A stretch of 64,000 bases of DNA from an uncultured Spirochaetia bacterium (lineage in GTDB: Bacteria > Spirochaetota > Spirochaetia > JABEVK01): the NCBI GenBank assembly GCA_937960645.1, contig CALGPJ010000006.1, forward strand, positions 146,868 to 210,867. The letters are read 5' to 3'. Position 1 is the first letter of the stretch. Each line of letters opens with the position of its first letter. Position numbers and translations under genes: made by a program. The notes beneath the pieces were generated by a model. The model was not told the origin of the DNA. It worked only from the letters and a program-made list of their open reading frames with translations, and did not search any database. This document shows positions 1-10,637 of this stretch, in pieces.

Positions 1-539
1 TCATCACGCTGTTGAGCGGGGCAATTCTCGGTTTTCTTTATCAGATGACCGCTCCTGTCATTCAAGCGAACGAAGAAACCCGGTTGAAAAAAAACCTTAC
101 GGACCTCCTCGATTCCTTCGACAACAATCCCCTGGAAGATGCGTTTACCCTGGAAGAGTTCCCCAATCTCCGTTTCCTTCCCGCATGGAGGGAAGGCCGA
201 TTGAGCGCTCTTGCCGTAGAGGCGACGTCGACCAAGGGTTACGCGGGAGCTGTCACCCTTCTTGTCGGTTTCAAAGGCACGGGAGAGGTGCTCAAAGTGG
301 CTGTCCTCCGGCAGAAGGAAACTCCAGGGCTCGGAACGAGAATGACCGAAGAATCTTTTCTGAAACAGTTCGTGAACCGTTTACCCGACGCTTTCCCCTT
401 GAAAGTGAAAAAAGATGGCGGCGCCATCGATGCCCTGACTGCAGCGACCATCTCGAGCCGAGCCTTCCTCGATGCCCTGAACCTTGCCCAGGCCGGGGCT
501 TCCAAGGCCCTGGCACGATTAAAGGAGAGGCTTCCATGA
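1..539 (+). CDS. rnfG: Rnf electron-transport complex subunit G (FMN-binding), 5'-partial; the ORF continues upstream of the window
   Basis: FMN_bind-like motif (…ETPGLGTRM…) and an N-terminal TM segment; the reading frame is open to position 1; followed by rnfE and rnfA with stop/start overlap. Confidence 0.7.
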   Translation, partial: ITLLSGAILGFLYQMTAPVIQANEETRLKKNLTDLLDSFDNNPLEDAFTLEEFPNLRFLPAWREGRLSALAVEATSTKGYAGAVTLLVGFKGTGEVLKVAVLRQKETPGLGTRMTEESFLKQFVNRLPDAFPLKVKKDGGAIDALTAATISSRAFLDALNLAQAGASKALARLKERLP

Positions 540-1147
540 ACAGATACTGGAAAGAGTTTTCCAAAGGACTCATCCACAACAACCCCGTTTTCGTGATTCT
601 CCTGGGAATGTGCCCCACCCTCGCGACGACCACCAATGCCCTCAATGGTTTCAGTATGGGATTAGCGACGATGGCAGTTTTGGTGGGCTCGAACCTCACC
701 ATCAGTCTGATTAGAAAACTCATCCCGGATACCATACGGATCCCGGCCTTTATCGTGGTGATCGCCACCTTCGTCACGACCATCCAGCGGGTCATGGAGG
801 CTTGGGCCCCTCCCGCCATCAACGAGTCACTCGGCATTTTTATTCCTCTCATCGTGGTGAACTGCATCATCCTGGGAAGGGCCGAAGCCTTCGCCTCCAA
901 GAACACGCCGCTTTTGAGCGTTCTCGATGGCTTGGGCATGGGTTTGGGATTCACCTTTGCCCTAACCCTCCTGGGCAGCCTGAGGGAAATTTTAGGCAAC
1001 GGCACCCTTTTTGGTTTTCGGTTTCTGCCCACCGATTTTTCGATGCTGACCTTTATTTTGGCCCCTGGAGGGTTTTTGGTCCTAGGACTGATTATCGCGG
1101 TACTCCAAAAACTGAACTCGAAAAAAGATACGGGGGTGAGTGCATGA
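536..1147 (+). CDS. rnfE: Rnf complex subunit E
   Basis: Polytopic membrane protein with RnfE/NqrD-family conserved blocks (NPVFVILLGMCP…, LGIFIPLIVVNCIILGRAEAFAS); the ATG overlaps the rnfG stop (ATGA). The track ORF 185..1147 is a 5' over-extension. Confidence 0.75.
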   Translation: MNRYWKEFSKGLIHNNPVFVILLGMCPTLATTTNALNGFSMGLATMAVLVGSNLTISLIRKLIPDTIRIPAFIVVIATFVTTIQRVMEAWAPPAINESLGIFIPLIVVNCIILGRAEAFASKNTPLLSVLDGLGMGLGFTFALTLLGSLREILGNGTLFGFRFLPTDFSMLTFILAPGGFLVLGLIIAVLQKLNSKKDTGVSA

Positions 1148-1716
1148 CCTACCTCTTGTTGATCATCGGTGCCGTTCTGGTGAACAACGTTGTCCTCACC
1201 CAGTTTTTGGGAATCTGTCCATTCCTGGGAGTCAGCAAACGACTGGAAACGAGTTTCGGCATGGCCGCGGCAGTGCTTTTCGTCATGACCCTGGCTACCC
1301 TGGTGACCTCCTTGCTGCAATACATCCTGGTGTCCTGGAACATCACCTTTCTCCAGACGATCACCTTCATCCTGGTTATTGCCAGTCTGGTACAAATGGT
1401 AGAAATCGTGATGAAGAAAATCGCCCCACCTCTTTACCAGGCATTGGGAATATTTTTGCCCCTTATCACCACCAACTGCGCGGTTTTGGGGGTCGCGATT
1501 CTTTCGACTCAAAAGTTTTCCAGCGTTTTGGAATCGGTGGTTTACGCGGCAGCGACGGCCCTGGGTTTTGGTCTGGCCCTGGTGCTTTTTTCGGGACTCC
1601 GGGAGCAATCCGAGCTCTATGACATTCCCAAACCCATGCGGGGAGCACCCCTGGCCTTGATCACCGCGGGACTCCTGAGTTTGGCCTTCATGGGATTTTC
1701 CGGCCTGGTCCGATAG
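1144..1716 (+). CDS. rnfA: Rnf complex subunit A
   Basis: RnfA/NqrE-family motifs (NNVVLTQFLGICPFLGVS…, LGIFLPLITTNCAVLGVA); the start overlaps the rnfE stop. Confidence 0.75.
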   Translation: MTYLLLIIGAVLVNNVVLTQFLGICPFLGVSKRLETSFGMAAAVLFVMTLATLVTSLLQYILVSWNITFLQTITFILVIASLVQMVEIVMKKIAPPLYQALGIFLPLITTNCAVLGVAILSTQKFSSVLESVVYAAATALGFGLALVLFSGLREQSELYDIPKPMRGAPLALITAGLLSLAFMGFSGLVR

Positions 1717-1751
1717 TTTTCGGATAGAAAACAGCTTCCTGAACCGATATA

Positions 1752-3152
1752 ATGAACATGATGAAGCGTGCTCCACTTTGGTGGCTTTTCATGGCTTTGC
1801 CGCTATGCGTCTACGCGCAGGAAACTCAAACGAACCTCGAGGCCAATTTTGTCAGCAGGATCCGAGTGGAACTCGAGGAAGGGAGTGTCCGATTGTATTG
1901 GAAAGACTCTCCAAGCCCTGAAATCAAGACGTACCAGGTTTACCGATCGATTATCCCATTCACCAAGGAGAGTTTGGAAAAGGCCGAGCTAGTTGCCAGG
2001 GTCGATTCCGGAGTCGAAGGCTACACCGACAAACCCCAACAGCCTGGCGAATATTTTTACGCCGTGCTGGGTGTCAAGGAAAGTGGTGAAATCGTCAAAA
2101 CCTTTGTGCCATTTCGAAACTACACATCCTCGCCCATCGCTTACACTCCCCCGGTTCCATCCGGGCAGGTACTCAACGTCAGCGCTCGGGTGGTATCCGA
2201 CAGAGTATTCATCACATTTCAGGCAACGGACGCCACCGAAAACGTCATCATCATTCGTACCACAGAATATCCCGAAACACGGGAAGCCCTCGCCAACGGC
2301 GTTATGATCGCGACCCTGCCCGGAACTGCGACAACCTATCAGGACTTGCCCCCCCAGGGACTGCCTTTTTATTACACCGTTGTGAATGCCAGGTCCTATT
2401 CCATCGGCCAGAACCTGTTTTCGGCCTCGAACAGAACGCCCGATCCTGTCGGGGTCCAGCTCACTCAGGTTCAGGCACGGCCCCAGGTCATCGGTCCCCA
2501 ACCCTTCGCGAGTCTGGCGGTCCCCGAGGTCGAAATCATCCTTCCGAATGTCAGCCAACTTCTTGCCCAACGTCAGCGGCAGGTGACTCCGTCCCCCACC
2601 GAATCATCCCTTCCGACCGCCTCGAATCAGACCTCTCCAGCACCTACCATCAGCTTATTGGACCTGGGTTATCGAGAACGCATTCTACGAGTACTCCCCC
2701 TCCCTCGATTGATCGTCAAAGAGGATATCCTTACCGGGAATCCCGTCAGTCGCTTCGAAAGTGGCCTTCCCACCCCTCGGAATATTGGACCTGAGACACT
2801 CAAGATCCTCGATAACATCGCCAAGGGGGCGCCCGTGCCCACCCTGCCCGGTTCCGTCATCCTGCCGGAGGAAAAAACGGCGGCGAGCGGACTCGCAGAA
2901 AGATTATCCAACATCATCAACAGCAATTGGCCGGACAACAACTGGTCCAGGGCCATTCAGGAACTCACCAGTTTTTTGCAGCTCGAAATCGATCAAAAAG
3001 TTAAAGAGCGGGCCTATTTTTATCGAGCTCAAGCCTACCTGTTTTCCGGTCAAAGGGAGCGTTCGAGCATGGATTTCATCCTGGCCCTCCCCTCCTACCG
3101 AACTCAGGTTTCCCCTTTTTTGGATTACCTGCTTTTGAAAAATCGCAACTAG
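1752..3152 (+). CDS. Secreted protein with two fibronectin-III-like domains, a Pro/Ser-rich linker and a TPR-like C-terminus
   Basis: Signal peptide (…ALPLCVYA|QE); two FN3-like segments (VRLYWKDSPSPEIKTYQVYRS…EYFYAVLGV; VFITFQATDA…PFYYTVVNAR). Confidence 0.4.
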   Translation: MNMMKRAPLWWLFMALPLCVYAQETQTNLEANFVSRIRVELEEGSVRLYWKDSPSPEIKTYQVYRSIIPFTKESLEKAELVARVDSGVEGYTDKPQQPGEYFYAVLGVKESGEIVKTFVPFRNYTSSPIAYTPPVPSGQVLNVSARVVSDRVFITFQATDATENVIIIRTTEYPETREALANGVMIATLPGTATTYQDLPPQGLPFYYTVVNARSYSIGQNLFSASNRTPDPVGVQLTQVQARPQVIGPQPFASLAVPEVEIILPNVSQLLAQRQRQVTPSPTESSLPTASNQTSPAPTISLLDLGYRERILRVLPLPRLIVKEDILTGNPVSRFESGLPTPRNIGPETLKILDNIAKGAPVPTLPGSVILPEEKTAASGLAERLSNIINSNWPDNNWSRAIQELTSFLQLEIDQKVKERAYFYRAQAYLFSGQRERSSMDFILALPSYRTQVSPFLDYLLLKNRN

Positions 3153-5191
3153 TTGAACACTCGTTGATTGAGTGGGGCAAAGAAGCCCGATTCATTTCTC
3201 CCGCTCTTTCGAAAAACATTGACCTCGACGCTGACCGGTATGTAACGCAAGCCGTTTTCCGGCGGTGTAATCGTGTTGTATTGAAGCACATAGTTCGGGG
3301 TCGGGCGGCTCCTCACCTCTCGTAAAAACTGGTCGATTAAAACATTGCTGACTTCAACAACCTTACCGTCGGTGTCTTCTGCAAGGTACCGCAAATCTTC
3401 GGCCAGTGGCCCCTGCCCTAACTTAATCACGTAAAAAGCTATCATGTTGTTCTTGTAAAACTGGGCCAATTCGATAAGGTCGTACTGTTTGAAGGTGTCG
3501 GAACGGATGTTTCCTGTAGTGATCAAGATCACGGCACGTTTCCCGATACCGGATAGCAAGGCATTGCCCCCCAGACGTAAAGCGATGTCCAAACGTCCGC
3601 GGTCTGTTTGCCTCAACGGATTGAGGGCGAGTTGAGCGGCCTGACCGGGGTTTGTCCAACGGTTTTCCACCTGAACAGGTGTCTCGTTGGCTTCGAGGAG
3701 CCAGATACCGCCATCGTTTTGAAGGTTCGCCACGAGTGATCGGAGGAATTCAGCTCCCTGAGCGGCATTTTGACCCAGGAACATGAACGGAAGACGATCG
3801 AGGACGACGGCGATGTCGATTTTCTGTTGAGCCCAGCCGGCTGTATCGACCCTGAATTCTCTGATGGGAAGATCGCTTTCCTTGATGAAAAAGTTCTTGG
3901 TCTCGAGCCCGACGACCGGCCTCCCTGCTCGATCCTCAACGCACACCTCGAGAAAGATTTTGGGATATTGCTGGATGCTGATGCGTTGAACTCGTACCGC
4001 AAGAGCCGAATACAAACTTCCTCCGGGAGCATAGAGCCTGAAGGTGTTGTCGAGGATATCGGAAACGACAACGTGACCGTTTTGGTCCTTGATTGCGTAA
4101 TTTAAGCGAGCGCCCTGTTCCCACCCCTGATCCAGGGGCTCCAACCGCTTGGACTCGAAATCGTAGAGAAGTACCCTTCGTCCCGCCGCCACCCAAACCA
4201 GTCCCGTGGAATCGGTCCAGATCCCTTCAGCTTCGCGCAGGCGCGAATCATCGAGACGATCCAGCCTGTTGCCGTTGAGATCGTAGATGAACAGGGAGCC
4301 TAATTCTTTGTCGGCCACCAGCAAACGTTCCCTGTCCTTACCCGCCAGGGTCACGCCGCTGGGACGGCGAAGTTCCCCGACGCCGATGTGAAACAAAAAT
4401 TCAGCCTGCCTACCCGAGCGAAATTTGCTGACCCGCCGGTTCCCCCACTCGGAGACATAAAGACCACCATATTTGTCGATGGTGAGAAATTGAGGTCCCA
4501 GTAATTGCCCCGGACCCCGCCCCCGTTCTCCGATCAGCCCCATCCTGATGCCGAGGTCATTGACTACGGCAATGCGGTCGGCCCGAAACTCGGTGATGTA
4601 GTAATAGTCCTGATATTTTTCGATATCCATGGGCCCGAGAAATCCTTCAACGCTCCCCGGAAACCTACGGATGATGTCACCATTCAGGCTTATCTGTAAG
4701 ATGTCCTGGGAAGAAAATACCGCCGCCAGAAACCCACCATTGGGAAGGGGACGGAGCCCCGATGGACCATTGAATCGGATTCGGTTGGGAACATCCCCCG
4801 GAAAATCGCTGAGCGGCAACATTCTGTCGCGGGGTAGAACCAGGGACCCCACTCCCCGACGAAAACGAATGGTTTCTACCCATGCTTGAAGTGCGGTGTT
4901 CTGGGGATTGATCCGTAATACATTTTCCCACTCGTTCAGTCCGGAATTGACAAATCCACTGAAAAATAGCGTGTTGCCAAGCCAGTACCTCGTGAGCAGC
5001 TGGTCGGGCCGAAAATTGAGCGACCTCTCGAAAGCGATGATCGCCCGATTGTAAAAACCATTGTGGAAAGCGACCACCCCGGTTCGAAACTCTTCTTCGG
5101 CACTGACACGATTGAAATCCAGGGGTTGGGCTTCAAGATGCATGGTCATCAGAAGAATTTCAGAAATAAATGCCCAATGACTTCTCTTCAT
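3149..5191 (-). CDS. TPR + NHL-repeat beta-propeller + vWA-like domain protein
   Basis: N-terminal hydrophobic segment and TPR-like helices; repeated NHL-type motifs (YVSEWGNRRVSKF, LLVADKELGSLFIYDLNGN, VWVAAGRRVLLYDF); C-terminus resembles a vWA fold (AVILITTGNIRSD…). Confidence 0.45.
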   Translation of the reverse strand: MKRSHWAFISEILLMTMHLEAQPLDFNRVSAEEEFRTGVVAFHNGFYNRAIIAFERSLNFRPDQLLTRYWLGNTLFFSGFVNSGLNEWENVLRINPQNTALQAWVETIRFRRGVGSLVLPRDRMLPLSDFPGDVPNRIRFNGPSGLRPLPNGGFLAAVFSSQDILQISLNGDIIRRFPGSVEGFLGPMDIEKYQDYYYITEFRADRIAVVNDLGIRMGLIGERGRGPGQLLGPQFLTIDKYGGLYVSEWGNRRVSKFRSGRQAEFLFHIGVGELRRPSGVTLAGKDRERLLVADKELGSLFIYDLNGNRLDRLDDSRLREAEGIWTDSTGLVWVAAGRRVLLYDFESKRLEPLDQGWEQGARLNYAIKDQNGHVVVSDILDNTFRLYAPGGSLYSALAVRVQRISIQQYPKIFLEVCVEDRAGRPVVGLETKNFFIKESDLPIREFRVDTAGWAQQKIDIAVVLDRLPFMFLGQNAAQGAEFLRSLVANLQNDGGIWLLEANETPVQVENRWTNPGQAAQLALNPLRQTDRGRLDIALRLGGNALLSGIGKRAVILITTGNIRSDTFKQYDLIELAQFYKNNMIAFYVIKLGQGPLAEDLRYLAEDTDGKVVEVSNVLIDQFLREVRSRPTPNYVLQYNTITPPENGLRYIPVSVEVNVFRKSGRNESGFFAPLNQRVFN

Positions 5192-5488
5192 ACCCGCACT
5201 CCCAATGGCACCCTTTCTATTTCATCCATCGTAAAAAGGCTGTTGAAGCGATTTGCAAAAACGTATCTTACGGTCACAAAATAAAAGATGATAATCGACC
5301 GGCAACATTTCATTGTATGATAAACCTTTTTGGAAACATCGAGATACACGATGCTTTTTTAGACCCTGACGGAACCGGGGAAAAGACTTCGACCCGTGTA
5401 ACCATCCCGACGAGCGGCTGAGGACATGGATCGAACCGCGCAGGGGCAAAAGAAAAGTGAGCAGTTGATTCATGAGGGTCAAAAATAA

Positions 5489-6199
5489 TCATTTGCGAAA
5501 AATACTGGGCTGACAAAGCACCCGGGAAATCGAAGGATGTCCACCCTTGACAATGGAGCCGTCGGTATCATCCGAGGACTCGAGAGCCGTCTCGATAGAA
5601 CCCACGACGAAACAATAGCGTTCTCCATTGGGCGCCAGAAAACTTTCGATTCTATCCATGTATTTTCGCACACATAGGGATGCTTCCTTCAACTCGGTTC
5701 CCAGTAAAACCGGTGGCACATTGATATTCCAGAAAAAGCCCGGTTCCCAGTCCCTGATCAGCTTTTCGATGTTTTGGGCCAGCAGCATCGCCGTAGGTTC
5801 AAAATCGCTATCGAAGCCATAACGATCCAAACTGATGGCGATGGCGGGAATTCCCATCAGCGCCGCCTGTCGTGCTGCGGCCACCGTCCCTGAATACAGC
5901 ACATCGGTTCCCAGATTGGGACCTGCATTGATTCCGGAAACCACGACATCCGGTTTGGGGATAAACCCCCCTTTGATGGCGACGATGGAACAATCAGCCG
6001 GTGTTCCATTGATGGCAAACTTACGATCGGCAACCTGAACCACCTTGATCGCCTCAAAAAAGGTGATACACTGGCTCACACCGCTGCGCTCCCGGTCGGG
6101 TGCCACGACCCAAACCTCGTGGGCCTCGGAAAAAACCTTTTCCAGAGCATGTAGACCCGGGCTGAAAATTCCATCGTCGTTGGCTAGCAAGATACGCAT
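5489..6199 (-). CDS. surE: 5'/3'-nucleotidase SurE
   Basis: N-terminus MRILLANDDGIFSPG and SGINAGPNLGTDVLYSGTVAAA match the SurE family. Confidence 0.8.
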   Translation of the reverse strand: MRILLANDDGIFSPGLHALEKVFSEAHEVWVVAPDRERSGVSQCITFFEAIKVVQVADRKFAINGTPADCSIVAIKGGFIPKPDVVVSGINAGPNLGTDVLYSGTVAAARQAALMGIPAIAISLDRYGFDSDFEPTAMLLAQNIEKLIRDWEPGFFWNINVPPVLLGTELKEASLCVRKYMDRIESFLAPNGERYCFVVGSIETALESSDDTDGSIVKGGHPSISRVLCQPSIFRK

Positions 6200-6210
6200 G
6201 TTTTATCCTT

Positions 6211-7359
6211 TTAATGAAATTCGACCTTATGTGCAGGTTGTGTAATCAACATTGTCGGGTGGAAACTGAATATCCTCTCGTATTCTTCGAGCATATTTTG
6301 AAGAGGCGCGATCGCCTCTTCTTCCGCAAGGACCAGGACGCTCGCCCCTGATCCATTGGTGATCATGCGGGCCCCATAAACCCCTACCGTATCGGCAGCT
6401 CGTTTGACAAGCCAGTCGATTTCCGGGCAGCTGATTTCGAGAAGATCTCTCAAGCTCTCGTGAGACCGAATTAGGCTTTTTCCTAGATTTTTCCAATCCT
6501 TGTTTTTGATCATGTTGACGCATTCTTTTGCCCGGGCAATTTCCTCGACAAGAAACAATGCGCGACGCCGGTGTTCCTCCGGTATCTGTCCCAGAAGGTT
6601 TTTGACATCTATTCTGTCATAATCGCGTACCGTGGATTGGGGCCGGAGGCCTTCCAGGAAACGTATGGACTTGTTGAGATCGTCCCGAACGCCATGGAAT
6701 AAATCATCGAAGACGCTGAGCGGAACGTTGGTCTGCAGCAACAATATGTGGGGAAAATCGGTAGCCTCCAGGGGCCCTGCCTTTCCCTCTTTCAAATCCT
6801 GAACCAAAAGTTCATACGGATGGGAACGGACGATGGGATAAAACGAGGCCGGGTGACAATTGTTTTTGACAAAATCCTTCTCCACGTTGTAGGCCATCCG
6901 TGCCGCCTCATCGTATTCCAACCGAAAACCTTTGATTTCCGAGATGGCGAGGACAGACGCAAGAGTGAGTGCCTGACTGGATGAATAGCCACCGCCGATG
7001 GGAATATCGCTGAGGATAGACACGTTGAAGCCGGTGGTGGTCTGTTCGTCGATCTGATGATAAATAGCCCCTTTGACGAAATTCGCCCACCGATCTTCCT
7101 TTCGGTATTTCAGCGTTTGAAGGGTACACCGTTTTTTTTCGTTGAATTCTCGGGAAAAAAACCTGATCTGATTGTCGCTTCTCGGACTGAGACTGACTAC
7201 CATTCTTTGAGAGATAGCGAATTGAACGAGTATGCCGCTGGCCTGTTCGGTCAAATCCCCAAAGAGGTTGACGACTCCGGGAGCCGAGACAACGACAAAG
7301 GGCCCCTCGCCGTACTGCTTTTTGTGGAATTCCCGCGCATCCGTCAACAATTGAGTCAA
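6211..7359 (-). CDS. GHMP-family sugar kinase (galactokinase-like)
   Basis: GHMP ATP-binding motif PIGGGYSSSQALTLA; N-terminal galactokinase-like signature SAPGVVNLFGDLTEQ; 12 bp upstream of surE, so an operon is likely. Confidence 0.55.
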   Translation of the reverse strand: MTQLLTDAREFHKKQYGEGPFVVVSAPGVVNLFGDLTEQASGILVQFAISQRMVVSLSPRSDNQIRFFSREFNEKKRCTLQTLKYRKEDRWANFVKGAIYHQIDEQTTTGFNVSILSDIPIGGGYSSSQALTLASVLAISEIKGFRLEYDEAARMAYNVEKDFVKNNCHPASFYPIVRSHPYELLVQDLKEGKAGPLEATDFPHILLLQTNVPLSVFDDLFHGVRDDLNKSIRFLEGLRPQSTVRDYDRIDVKNLLGQIPEEHRRRALFLVEEIARAKECVNMIKNKDWKNLGKSLIRSHESLRDLLEISCPEIDWLVKRAADTVGVYGARMITNGSGASVLVLAEEEAIAPLQNMLEEYERIFSFHPTMLITQPAHKVEFH

Positions 7360-7440
7360 TCCAATCCCCCATTCTCGTTCTATTGAACTATCTTAAAGGA
7401 AAACCTTACTTCAAGCAATAAAAATCGCTATAATCACCCC

Positions 7441-9084
7441 ATGCTTTTAGCCAACATTGAAAACATCGAAAATCGTCAAAAATTTCGGTTGTTGCTCGCT
7501 TCTGTGTTGACGTCTCTTGCCTCCTTTCTTTCCCAGGCAAACGCCTTCTTTCCTTTTGGAAACCCCTTACTCGGCCTGATCAGTCTCATCCCGTTGCTCT
7601 GGGCCCTTCGACACAGCCCCAACAATCGTTGGGCGAGCCTCATTCTTGGACTCAGTTTGGCCCTATCCAGCCCCTTGCAATACTTTTGGTTGGCGAGCTT
7701 CCAGGATTATTCTACATGGACTATCGGTAGTGTGACCTTGGGTTTTTGGCTCTATGGATGGACCTTCGGTCCCGCATTGCGGTTAGCTCTGCGACAGGAA
7801 CCGGGCCCTGCGGTCTTTTTAGGGGCCATGGTTTGGGCCCTCTACGAGTTTCTGCGCTCGAATGGTTTTTTGGGCTTTCCCTGGGGGAATCTGCCCTATC
7901 CATTTTATGATTGGCAGGCCCTGATTCAGGCAACTGATTGGGGCGGAACGACCTGGATCAGCTTTTTGATCGCCAGTTGGATGATCCTCGCGATGATCTG
8001 GTCCACGGAACCTGAGAATCGTTCGAAGCTGACGCACACCGCCCTGTCTTTTTCCCTGATTGTTCTGGTCCACTTTACTTATGCTTCCTGGACCACCGAG
8101 GTGGAATACGATCAAAAGGGGAGATTAAAGGTCCTCCTCATTCAACAAAACGCGGACCCCTGGGTCCGAGGACAGGAGGCCCTGGGACTTGAGACAAGCG
8201 TTCGCTTGAGTGTGGAAGGGCTACAACGTCATCCGGACACCGACCTCGTCGTTTGGAGCGAAAACAGCCTCAGACGACCACTGCAAATCAGAAAATTTTA
8301 TGAAGAAAATCCCAAAGACCGGCCCCTCTTCGACGTGATTCGAGGAAGCAGACAACACTGGCTTTTCGGCAACCCTTATATTGCCGACCAAAACGCTACC
8401 CGCATCATGAACGCCGCCATCTTGATGGGCCCTAACACGAATATACTCGAGGTCTACGGCAAGAACCATCTCGTTCCTATTGCGGAATTTATTCCGTTTT
8501 TCGAATGGCCACCGATTAGGGATTTTTTCCGAAACACCGTAGGACTTCAAGCGACCTGGGTTCCCAATGATCGGATTTCCCCCCTCACCCTCCGAAGCTC
8601 TACCGGACAGGAAATTCGCCTGGGTGTCCAAATCTGTTTTGAGGATGCTTTTCCGTACATCAGCCGTTCCCTGAGCGCTCAAGGTGCCAAGCTCTTCATC
8701 GTACTTTCAAACGATTCTTGGTCCAAAACGGATAGCGCCCAAATCCAGCATTTTCTTGTGGCGTTGTTTCGTGCCCTGGAAACTCGCACACCGATGATTC
8801 GCAGCACGAACAGCGGTTTCACCGGAGCCGTCGACCCCAGGGGAAAAATTGTGGCGGGGCCCCTGCCCTTTTTCGAGCCGGGCTGGCTCTATCATGATTT
8901 GAAGTTTAGCCTCGAACGACCTTACACACCCTTAAGCCAACTGCTCGGGGATTGGGTCGGTTGGCTGTTCTGGTGGTTGACCGTATTTTTTCTGGCCATG
9001 AAGGGCGGGGCTTTTAGATCTGGGTTGTATTCATACTTCGCAAAAAGGCTTCGTTGGTCTTCGTCTTCCTCATCCGGTCGATGA
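7441..9084 (+). CDS. lnt: Apolipoprotein N-acyltransferase (paralogue 1)
   Basis: About 8 N-terminal TM helices plus a C-terminal CN-hydrolase domain ([22 protein letters not shown]). Confidence 0.75.
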   Translation: MLLANIENIENRQKFRLLLASVLTSLASFLSQANAFFPFGNPLLGLISLIPLLWALRHSPNNRWASLILGLSLALSSPLQYFWLASFQDYSTWTIGSVTLGFWLYGWTFGPALRLALRQEPGPAVFLGAMVWALYEFLRSNGFLGFPWGNLPYPFYDWQALIQATDWGGTTWISFLIASWMILAMIWSTEPENRSKLTHTALSFSLIVLVHFTYASWTTEVEYDQKGRLKVLLIQQNADPWVRGQEALGLETSVRLSVEGLQRHPDTDLVVWSENSLRRPLQIRKFYEENPKDRPLFDVIRGSRQHWLFGNPYIADQNATRIMNAAILMGPNTNILEVYGKNHLVPIAEFIPFFEWPPIRDFFRNTVGLQATWVPNDRISPLTLRSSTGQEIRLGVQICFEDAFPYISRSLSAQGAKLFIVLSNDSWSKTDSAQIQHFLVALFRALETRTPMIRSTNSGFTGAVDPRGKIVAGPLPFFEPGWLYHDLKFSLERPYTPLSQLLGDWVGWLFWWLTVFFLAMKGGAFRSGLYSYFAKRLRWSSSSSSGR

Positions 9085-10594
9085 TCATTTCGGCAACCTC
9101 AAGATCGTCCATGGGATTCAACACCTTTCGGAGGACCCAAAGCTTGTTCATCTCGTCCTCAGAGAGGAGAAGTTCTTCGCGCCGAGTGCCGCTCTTCTTG
9201 ATATTGACGGCCGGGAAAATTCGTCGATCGGAGAGCCTTCGGTCAAGGTGGATCTCCATGTTGCCCGTGCCTTTGAATTCCTCGAAGATGACCTCGTCCA
9301 TACGTGAGCCGGTTTCGATAAGGGCTGTGGCCACGATGGTGAGGCTTCCACCGCCTTCGATGTTTCGTGCCGCACCGAAAAAACGCTTGGGTTTGTGCAA
9401 GGCGTTCGAATCAACACCACCGGAGAGGATTTTGCCCGAGGTGGGGACCGTTTGATTGTAGGCACGGGCCAGCCTCGTGATCGAGTCCAGGAGGATGACC
9501 ACGTCTTTTTTGTGCTCCACCAACCTTCGAGCTTTCTCGAGTACCATCTCGGCGACCTGAACATGACGGCTGGCCTGCTCGTCGAAGGTCGACGCGATAA
9601 CCTCTCCCTTGACCGAACGCTGCATGTCGGTGACTTCCTCTGGCCGTTCGTCGATCAACAACACAATGAGGATCACCTCGGGGTGGTTCTCGGTGATGGC
9701 GTTGGCAATCTTTTGGAGCAAGATCGTCTTGCCGGTCCGCGGCGGTGACACGATGAGCCCGCGCTGGCCCTTACCGATCGGGCAAAAAAGATTGATCAGT
9801 CGGGTGGAGACATCCCCGCTTTCGGTCTCCATGTTCAACCGCGTATTCGGATAGAGCGGGGTAAGGTTATCGAAGCTGATGCGGTTTTGCGCAACGATGG
9901 GATCGTCGTAGTTGACTGTCTCCACTCGCAAAAGGGCAAAAAACCGTTCGGACTCCTTGGGGGGGCGGATTTGACCGTAAACAGTGTCCCCTGTCTTTAA
10001 ATTGAATAAACGAATTTGGGACGGGCTGATATAGATGTCGTCGTTTCCTGCAAGGTAGGAGTTTTGCGGAAAACGCAGGAAGCCGAAGTTCTCCGGCATG
10101 ATTTCCAGGGCCCCGTAAGCGTAAATCACCCCGCGCCGGTCCGAATGAGCCTTGAGAATGTTGAAGATCACGTCCTGCTTTTTCATGGGCGCGAGATCTT
10201 CGGCCGAAATCCCCAGTTCGATGGCGAGCCCCTTGAGCTCGGTCATGCTCATGGAGTTGAGGTCGTTGATAAGGATTTTATTGTTTTCGTCAAACTGACT
10301 GGGATCGTAACGAGTATTGGCGTTACGATCGATTCCAGGACGATTGTCCTTGTTGGCGCGGTGGTCTTTTCGAAAATTATTTCGATCACCTCGCCGATGC
10401 GATGATCCCTGAAACCGCTCCTCATTTTCCTGAGGACGGGTCTCTTCGGGAACATCCTGCAACACCTCTTTGACCAGCTCGACCTTGACCTTTCGTTTGG
10501 GTCTCTCGGGCTCCGGGACTGGGTCGTTCGCAGGAGGAGTGAGATCTAAAATAGGATCTTGCGGAAGGTTTTCTTCTTCGTTATCGAAACTCAT
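9014..10594 (-). CDS. rho: Transcription termination factor Rho with an N-terminal insertion domain
   Basis: RecA-like core with Walker A ([17 protein letters not shown]), Q- and R-loops, and C-terminus …[12 protein letters not shown]; about 110 extra charged R/N/D-rich residues at the N-terminus. Confidence 0.9.
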   Translation of the reverse strand: MSFDNEEENLPQDPILDLTPPANDPVPEPERPKRKVKVELVKEVLQDVPEETRPQENEERFQGSSHRRGDRNNFRKDHRANKDNRPGIDRNANTRYDPSQFDENNKILINDLNSMSMTELKGLAIELGISAEDLAPMKKQDVIFNILKAHSDRRGVIYAYGALEIMPENFGFLRFPQNSYLAGNDDIYISPSQIRLFNLKTGDTVYGQIRPPKESERFFALLRVETVNYDDPIVAQNRISFDNLTPLYPNTRLNMETESGDVSTRLINLFCPIGKGQRGLIVSPPRTGKTILLQKIANAITENHPEVILIVLLIDERPEEVTDMQRSVKGEVIASTFDEQASRHVQVAEMVLEKARRLVEHKKDVVILLDSITRLARAYNQTVPTSGKILSGGVDSNALHKPKRFFGAARNIEGGGSLTIVATALIETGSRMDEVIFEEFKGTGNMEIHLDRRLSDRRIFPAVNIKKSGTRREELLLSEDEMNKLWVLRKVLNPMDDLEVAEMIIDRMRKTKTNEAFLRSMNTTQI

Positions 10595-10637
10595 GAAATC
10601 TCCGGGATTTTTTTGATGGTATCAGGGATGGAGTACT

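Noticed and set aside
185-1776. Track ORFs 185..1147, 802..1716 and 292..1776(-) in the rnf region
   Set aside because: 5' over-extensions and an antisense shadow frame; the real rnfE and rnfA starts are at 536 and 1144 with overlapping stop/start codons.
5192-5488. Possible small RNA or gene in the 297-bp intergenic gap
   Set aside because: Only short ORFs under 90 aa with no motifs and no convincing promoter/terminator pair; probably the promoter region of the NHL/vWA gene.
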